From Kiritimatiellia bacterium (GTDB lineage Bacteria > Verrucomicrobiota > Kiritimatiellia > CAIVKH01), in contig DAOLDL010000003.1 of assembly GCA_035327305.1 (NCBI GenBank), positions 76 through 64,075 of the forward strand: 64,000 nt of DNA, read 5' to 3'. Shown here one piece after another: positions 60,487 through 64,000 of this stretch (positions are counted from its first letter, which is position 1; each line of letters begins with the position of its first letter). The position numbers and the translations under genes are program-made. A model generated the notes under the pieces. It worked only from the letters and a program-made list of their open reading frames with translations. It ran no database searches and was not told the origin of the DNA.

Positions 60487-61050
60487 ATGGATTCGACCGA
60501 CGACATACTTTTGGAAGCTGAAGACAAGATGAACAAATGCGTGGAGCATTTGACCCACGAGTTATCCGGACTTCGCACCGGCAAAGCCTCCCCCAGCCTG
60601 GTTGACAGCATTCCGGTTGAATATTATGGCGCCATGACCAAATTACGGGAAATAGCGGGCATCAGCACGCCGGAACCCCGACTGATCGTCATCAATGCCT
60701 ATGATCCATCAGCGTTGTCGGCCATCGACAAAGCGATTCTCGCCGCGAATATTGGCGTCACCCCGATCAACGACGGTCGCGTGATTCGCATCCCGATTCC
60801 GGAACTAAGCGAAGAGCGTCGCAAGGAACTGATCAAGGTCGGCAAGCGTATGAGCGAAGAAGCGCGTGTTGCGATCCGGAATGTTCGACGCGATTCGAAC
60901 GAAGCCATAAAGTCATTGCAGAAGAACAACAAAATCACCGAAGATGAGCGCGATGCCGGCACCGAAGAAATTCAGAAGCTGACCGATGCCTACATTGGTA
61001 AAGTCGACACCATGATCGCAACAAAAGAAAAAGATATCATGGTGGTGTGA
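60487..61050 (+). CDS. frr: Ribosome recycling factor.
   Basis: 187 aa. Conserved RRF sequence (…LSGLRTGKASPSLVDSI…RIPIPELSEERRKEL…) and the conserved pyrH-frr arrangement. Confidence 0.85.
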   Translation: MDSTDDILLEAEDKMNKCVEHLTHELSGLRTGKASPSLVDSIPVEYYGAMTKLREIAGISTPEPRLIVINAYDPSALSAIDKAILAANIGVTPINDGRVIRIPIPELSEERRKELIKVGKRMSEEARVAIRNVRRDSNEAIKSLQKNNKITEDERDAGTEEIQKLTDAYIGKVDTMIATKEKDIMVV

Positions 61051-61068
61051 GTCGTCTGGCTGGATCGT

Positions 61069-62169
61069 TCAGAATTCCGGCCAGTTTTTGCAATTCAACA
61101 GTGCATTCAGTATTTTTTGATCGGCCCGGGGCAGAGCATATTCATCGATTTGTTTTGCGGTCACCCAGGCAAAGTCCGCACAGCCAATTGGCTTTGGTTT
61201 TCCAGATGTCACACGAACCCAGTATGCATGCAGATCCATCCGGAAGTGACTGAACGTATGGCGTACCGTGATCAGATGCGGACCGACTCTGACGTTTAAA
61301 TTCAACTCCTCCTTCAGTTCGCGGCGAATACACTCCGGGAGCGACTCTCCACGCTCAACACCGCCGCCGGGGAATTCCCACAGGCCTCCCAACATGGACG
61401 ACTCCTTGCGTTGTGCGATCAGGATTTGACCGGAATCGTTTATGATGACTCCGGCGCCAACATGCCGGTGCGGAATAGACTTCCTGGGCGTGCGTACGGG
61501 ATACATCGCGGGGTTTCCCGTTTTCCGTGCCTTGCAAACCGGAGCAAGCGGACACACATTACAGGCCGGATTGGCTGGCGAACAGACCAGAGCCCCCAAC
61601 TCCATCATCGCTTCATTAAATTCCCCGCTTCGTCCTTTTGGCAAAAGATCATCCAGAATCGATTGAAGCTTTTTGCGAACAACGGGGCGGTCTGAATCTT
61701 CGTCAACGGCAAACACCCTTGTGATAACGCGAATTACATTTCCATCCAAAACCGCGTAATCCAGATTAAATGCAAGACTGGCAATGGCCGCCGCGGTATA
61801 CGGTCCCACGCCAGGCAAAGCAAGCAGTCCCTGATAGTCCGTCGGGAATCGGGCATGATTGTGCTCCACCAGATGCCTGGCCGTCGCATGGGCGCGACGG
61901 GCGCGACTGTAATATCCCAATCCCTCCCACATCTTAAGCGCTTCCGACTGGCGGGCGGCGGCAAGGGACTCAAGAGTGGGAAATCGTTTTATGAATTTTA
62001 TAAAATAGGGAGTCGCCTGGTCCGCCCTGGTTTGCTGAAGCATCAATTCCGAAATCCATACATGGTATGGCGACCGGTTTTTACGCCATGGCAGATCACG
62101 GCGGTTGTCGGAAAACCATGCCGGCAAATCGTGACGGAAACGTTTTGATACCGAGGGTGAAATACGCAT
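61069..62169 (-). CDS. mutY: A/G-specific adenine DNA glycosylase (HhH-GPD, 4Fe-4S cluster, C-terminal NUDIX-like domain).
   Basis: HhH-GPD motif LPGVGPYTAAAI. Cys cluster C-x6-C-x2-C-x5-C (CSPANPACNVCPLAPVC). C-terminal MutT-like domain (GLWEFPGG). Confidence 0.8.
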   Translation of the reverse strand: MRISPSVSKRFRHDLPAWFSDNRRDLPWRKNRSPYHVWISELMLQQTRADQATPYFIKFIKRFPTLESLAAARQSEALKMWEGLGYYSRARRAHATARHLVEHNHARFPTDYQGLLALPGVGPYTAAAIASLAFNLDYAVLDGNVIRVITRVFAVDEDSDRPVVRKKLQSILDDLLPKGRSGEFNEAMMELGALVCSPANPACNVCPLAPVCKARKTGNPAMYPVRTPRKSIPHRHVGAGVIINDSGQILIAQRKESSMLGGLWEFPGGGVERGESLPECIRRELKEELNLNVRVGPHLITVRHTFSHFRMDLHAYWVRVTSGKPKPIGCADFAWVTAKQIDEYALPRADQKILNALLNCKNWPEF

Positions 62170-62181
62170 GTGAAGAGTGTT

Positions 62182-62835
62182 TCAGTCGAGATGTCGCTCG
62201 TGTTCACGAACACGGCGTAAATTTCGCTGGGCAATGGTGCGATCAGGGGAATCCATTTCCTCGAGTTGAGCAAGCCGGGGGGGGCCAACCGTCATATCCA
62301 GCACATCGACATCCCATGCATAATATAATTTTCGCATACGGTTTTGTTCATCAATCAACACAAATTGATAATGAACTTCCTGCTTGTTCGATCCCCTCTG
62401 GGTAGTCGACCAGCGAGGGAACATGATTTGCCCACGGAGGCTGGAAATTTGTGATTCCAGCCACTGGTCAATATCGCCAACTCCTTCAGGCCCCGGACTT
62501 TGCCGGACCCTTCTGATGACTTCATCCGTTCCAATGGCCGAAGTGACAGCGCGAAGAAGGGTTTCACGGCGATTGCGTTCCCTTTCCCTCTCTTCAAAAT
62601 ATGCGCGATCATCAGGCGAAATCCTTTCGCATCCGGCGGCAAGCAAAAGCGCCAGAAAGAATACCCGGCCGACATGAATACCAAACCTGTACATGAAACG
62701 CCCCAACCATCCCGTCATTGCCCGTTTTCCGTCGCGAATACCCATGCGGAACCACCACAGGGCAAAATTGTTGCAAAAACCGCCCCCGGGATTCAAAGAG
62801 ACACTTTTACTTTGACCGGGGACTTCATAAATCAT
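62182..62835 (-). CDS. Lipoprotein of unknown function (charged, coiled-coil-like).
   Basis: Internal start MTGWLGRFMYRFGIHVGRVFFLALLLAAGC gives a lipobox. The true start is probably 62721. Confidence 0.4.
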   Translation of the reverse strand: MIYEVPGQSKSVSLNPGGGFCNNFALWWFRMGIRDGKRAMTGWLGRFMYRFGIHVGRVFFLALLLAAGCERISPDDRAYFEERERERNRRETLLRAVTSAIGTDEVIRRVRQSPGPEGVGDIDQWLESQISSLRGQIMFPRWSTTQRGSNKQEVHYQFVLIDEQNRMRKLYYAWDVDVLDMTVGPPRLAQLEEMDSPDRTIAQRNLRRVREHERHLD

Positions 62836-62869
62836 ATCTTATTCATGCGACATAACGAGGAAAATTATT

Positions 62870-63694
62870 ATGGCTGACAATCCTATTGATCCGGAAAAAA
62901 AACAGGACGCCACACCGCCGAAAATTAACATCAAATCAGCGGAAAAGAAGTCGGACACGACTCGGATTGATTTATCTGCGGCCAAACCGCCTCCATCGAT
63001 TGTCGACAAGAAGGATCTGCCTGCCGACGCAGATGATTATTTCAAGCGCAGTACCATGCGGATTGACATTCCGCCGGGTCACGGCGCTCCGATGGGTGGA
63101 AAGAAAAGCGATACCACCCGGATTGATATTCCTGCCACTTCCGGGGATGCGTCAAAACAACAAACTTCGAAAATTGACCTTAGTTCGGCGGCAAGTTCCA
63201 CCGATGATGTGTTCAAGGCTAAGACTATTCCCGTCGGCGTGCCCACGCCTCCGCCAGTAGCACCACCGGGAAGACCCAAAACGATACAGATGAAACGTCC
63301 GGCCGCCGCGCCGGGCGAATCGATTATTGTTTCACCGGAAACCACCGCCAACGCCACGGAACAGGCGCGCAAAAGTGAAACCGCGCGCATTGATCTCTCG
63401 GCGGATAACGTGGATCGCCCGGCGACCCGCCCCAAAACCATTCGCATCAAACGTCCGGACGGCACTTCAGGGCGCAAAGCGCTTGCGATCGCCAGGCCGT
63501 CAGATGAAGAAACGCCGACGCCTTCCGAGGAAACAGTCAGTCCGCCAATTGTCGATACAGCGGATAGCGATAATGAGCCGGGCGTTTTTGTCGGAATAAT
63601 TTCGATTGCCGCACTTGTGGTCGCCGGAATCCTGCTGTACGTTTTGCTGGCGCAAACCATGGCGCCGAACCTTCCATTTCCGGGTCGAATCTAA
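62870..63694 (+). CDS. Tail-anchored low-complexity repeat protein (TTRIDL-repeat protein).
   Basis: Four copies of (K/R)KS(D/E)T(T/A)RIDL(S/P)A, two copies of RPKTI(Q/R)(M/I)KRP, a P/T/S-rich disordered body and a single C-terminal TM helix (VFVGIISIAALVVAGILLYVLLA). Confidence 0.5.
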   Translation: MADNPIDPEKKQDATPPKINIKSAEKKSDTTRIDLSAAKPPPSIVDKKDLPADADDYFKRSTMRIDIPPGHGAPMGGKKSDTTRIDIPATSGDASKQQTSKIDLSSAASSTDDVFKAKTIPVGVPTPPPVAPPGRPKTIQMKRPAAAPGESIIVSPETTANATEQARKSETARIDLSADNVDRPATRPKTIRIKRPDGTSGRKALAIARPSDEETPTPSEETVSPPIVDTADSDNEPGVFVGIISIAALVVAGILLYVLLAQTMAPNLPFPGRI

Positions 63695-63756
63695 ACCGGA
63701 ATTGAACGGTTTGGGTTATAAGCGGTCCTATTACCCGAAAGCATCAGGAGTATCAA

Positions 63757-64000
63757 ATGTCAGAAGCTATAGAACATGTTAATGCATCAACGTGGTCAAC
63801 CGTAACCGGGTCATCGTTGCCGGTTCTTGTCGATTTTTGGGCGGAATGGTGCGGCCCTTGCCGGGCGATTGCCCCGGTGTTGGAGGAATTGGCCAAGGAA
63901 TACGAAGGCAAGCTGAAGATCGTCAAAGTCAATGTTGATGAAGCGCCGGATATTGCCCAGCAATTTGGCATTCGCTCCATCCCCACCCTTCTTGTATTCA
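63757..64000 (+). CDS. trxA: Thioredoxin, 5' part; the gene continues past the window end.
   Basis: FWAEWCGPC active site. AGGAG Shine-Dalgarno sequence 8 nt upstream of the ATG. Confidence 0.85.
   Translation, partial: MSEAIEHVNASTWSTVTGSSLPVLVDFWAEWCGPCRAIAPVLEELAKEYEGKLKIVKVNVDEAPDIAQQFGIRSIPTLLVF

Noticed and set aside
1-64000. CRISPR arrays, rRNA genes, transposases, integrases.
   Set aside because: No short-period direct repeat arrays, rRNA-like stretches or recognisable transposase or integrase motifs were seen on reading through. The R-M island has no flanking direct repeats that I could detect by eye.

Overview
This 64 kb window is a Gram-negative-type bacterial chromosome segment (lipoprotein signal peptides, a TPR/beta-barrel exporter, GT-C enzymes) that by eye is about 55% GC. 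It is dense with glycan and envelope genes. Gene calls rest on manual reading of the supplied six-frame ORFs against well-known family motifs; nothing was searched against a database.

Order of genes:
- isoleucyl-tRNA synthetase (minus strand, runs off the window start) and a tRNA-Gly(CCC);
- a heptose-nucleotide block (extended-SDR epimerase, sugar-1-P nucleotidyltransferase, GHMP heptose kinase, SIS phosphoheptose isomerase) followed by a GT2 polyprenol-phosphate glycosyltransferase, divergent from a GT-C (ArnT/PMT-like) membrane glycosyltransferase;
- a hybrid sensor histidine kinase with a periplasmic solute-binding domain, archaeal-type cofactor-independent phosphoglycerate mutase, an amidohydrolase, a LysM lipoprotein, dTDP-4-dehydrorhamnose reductase, and a TPR/redoxin-like protein whose CxxC motif is lost;
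- a 2205-aa secreted protein (ORF track calls 2240 aa from an upstream ATG) with two complete GH13 alpha-amylase catalytic modules and Ca-binding Asp-rich repeats;
- a TPR protein, an EEP-family lipoprotein, two small secreted proteins, and a plus-strand trio of two SAM methyltransferases and a GT4;
- an approximately 15.7 kb co-directional minus-strand gene train (31230-46940). Read 5'->3' it encodes a PilZ-fused processive GT2 synthase, a TM-anchored PgaB-like deacetylase, a 1521-aa TPR-insert-beta-barrel exporter fusion, then two SDR epimerases, a nucleotide-sugar dehydrogenase, a Gfo/Idh/MocA oxidoreductase, a third epimerase, a second nucleotidyltransferase, the GmhB heptose phosphatase and a second GT2 polyprenol-P glycosyltransferase. 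This is a synthase-dependent exopolysaccharide system with novel domain fusions and its own sugar-nucleotide supply;
- a visibly AT-richer Type II restriction-modification island (C5-cytosine methyltransferase plus endonuclease) between the EPS promoter and leuCD;
- orphan ureG-ureD;
- a small Lys-rich peptide ending in Ser next to an HPr-kinase-like P-loop protein, a convergently overlapping S24/S26 serine peptidase and a HIT protein. This is a candidate minimal peptide-modification module;
- a secreted DUF-like protein, an alpha/beta hydrolase, a GHL10-like TIM-barrel protein, pyrH, frr, mutY, a lipoprotein, a tandem-repeat tail-anchored protein and the 5' part of trxA.

Many adjacent genes overlap by the 4-nt ATGA junction, which suggests translational coupling. 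No CRISPR array, rRNA or transposase was seen.
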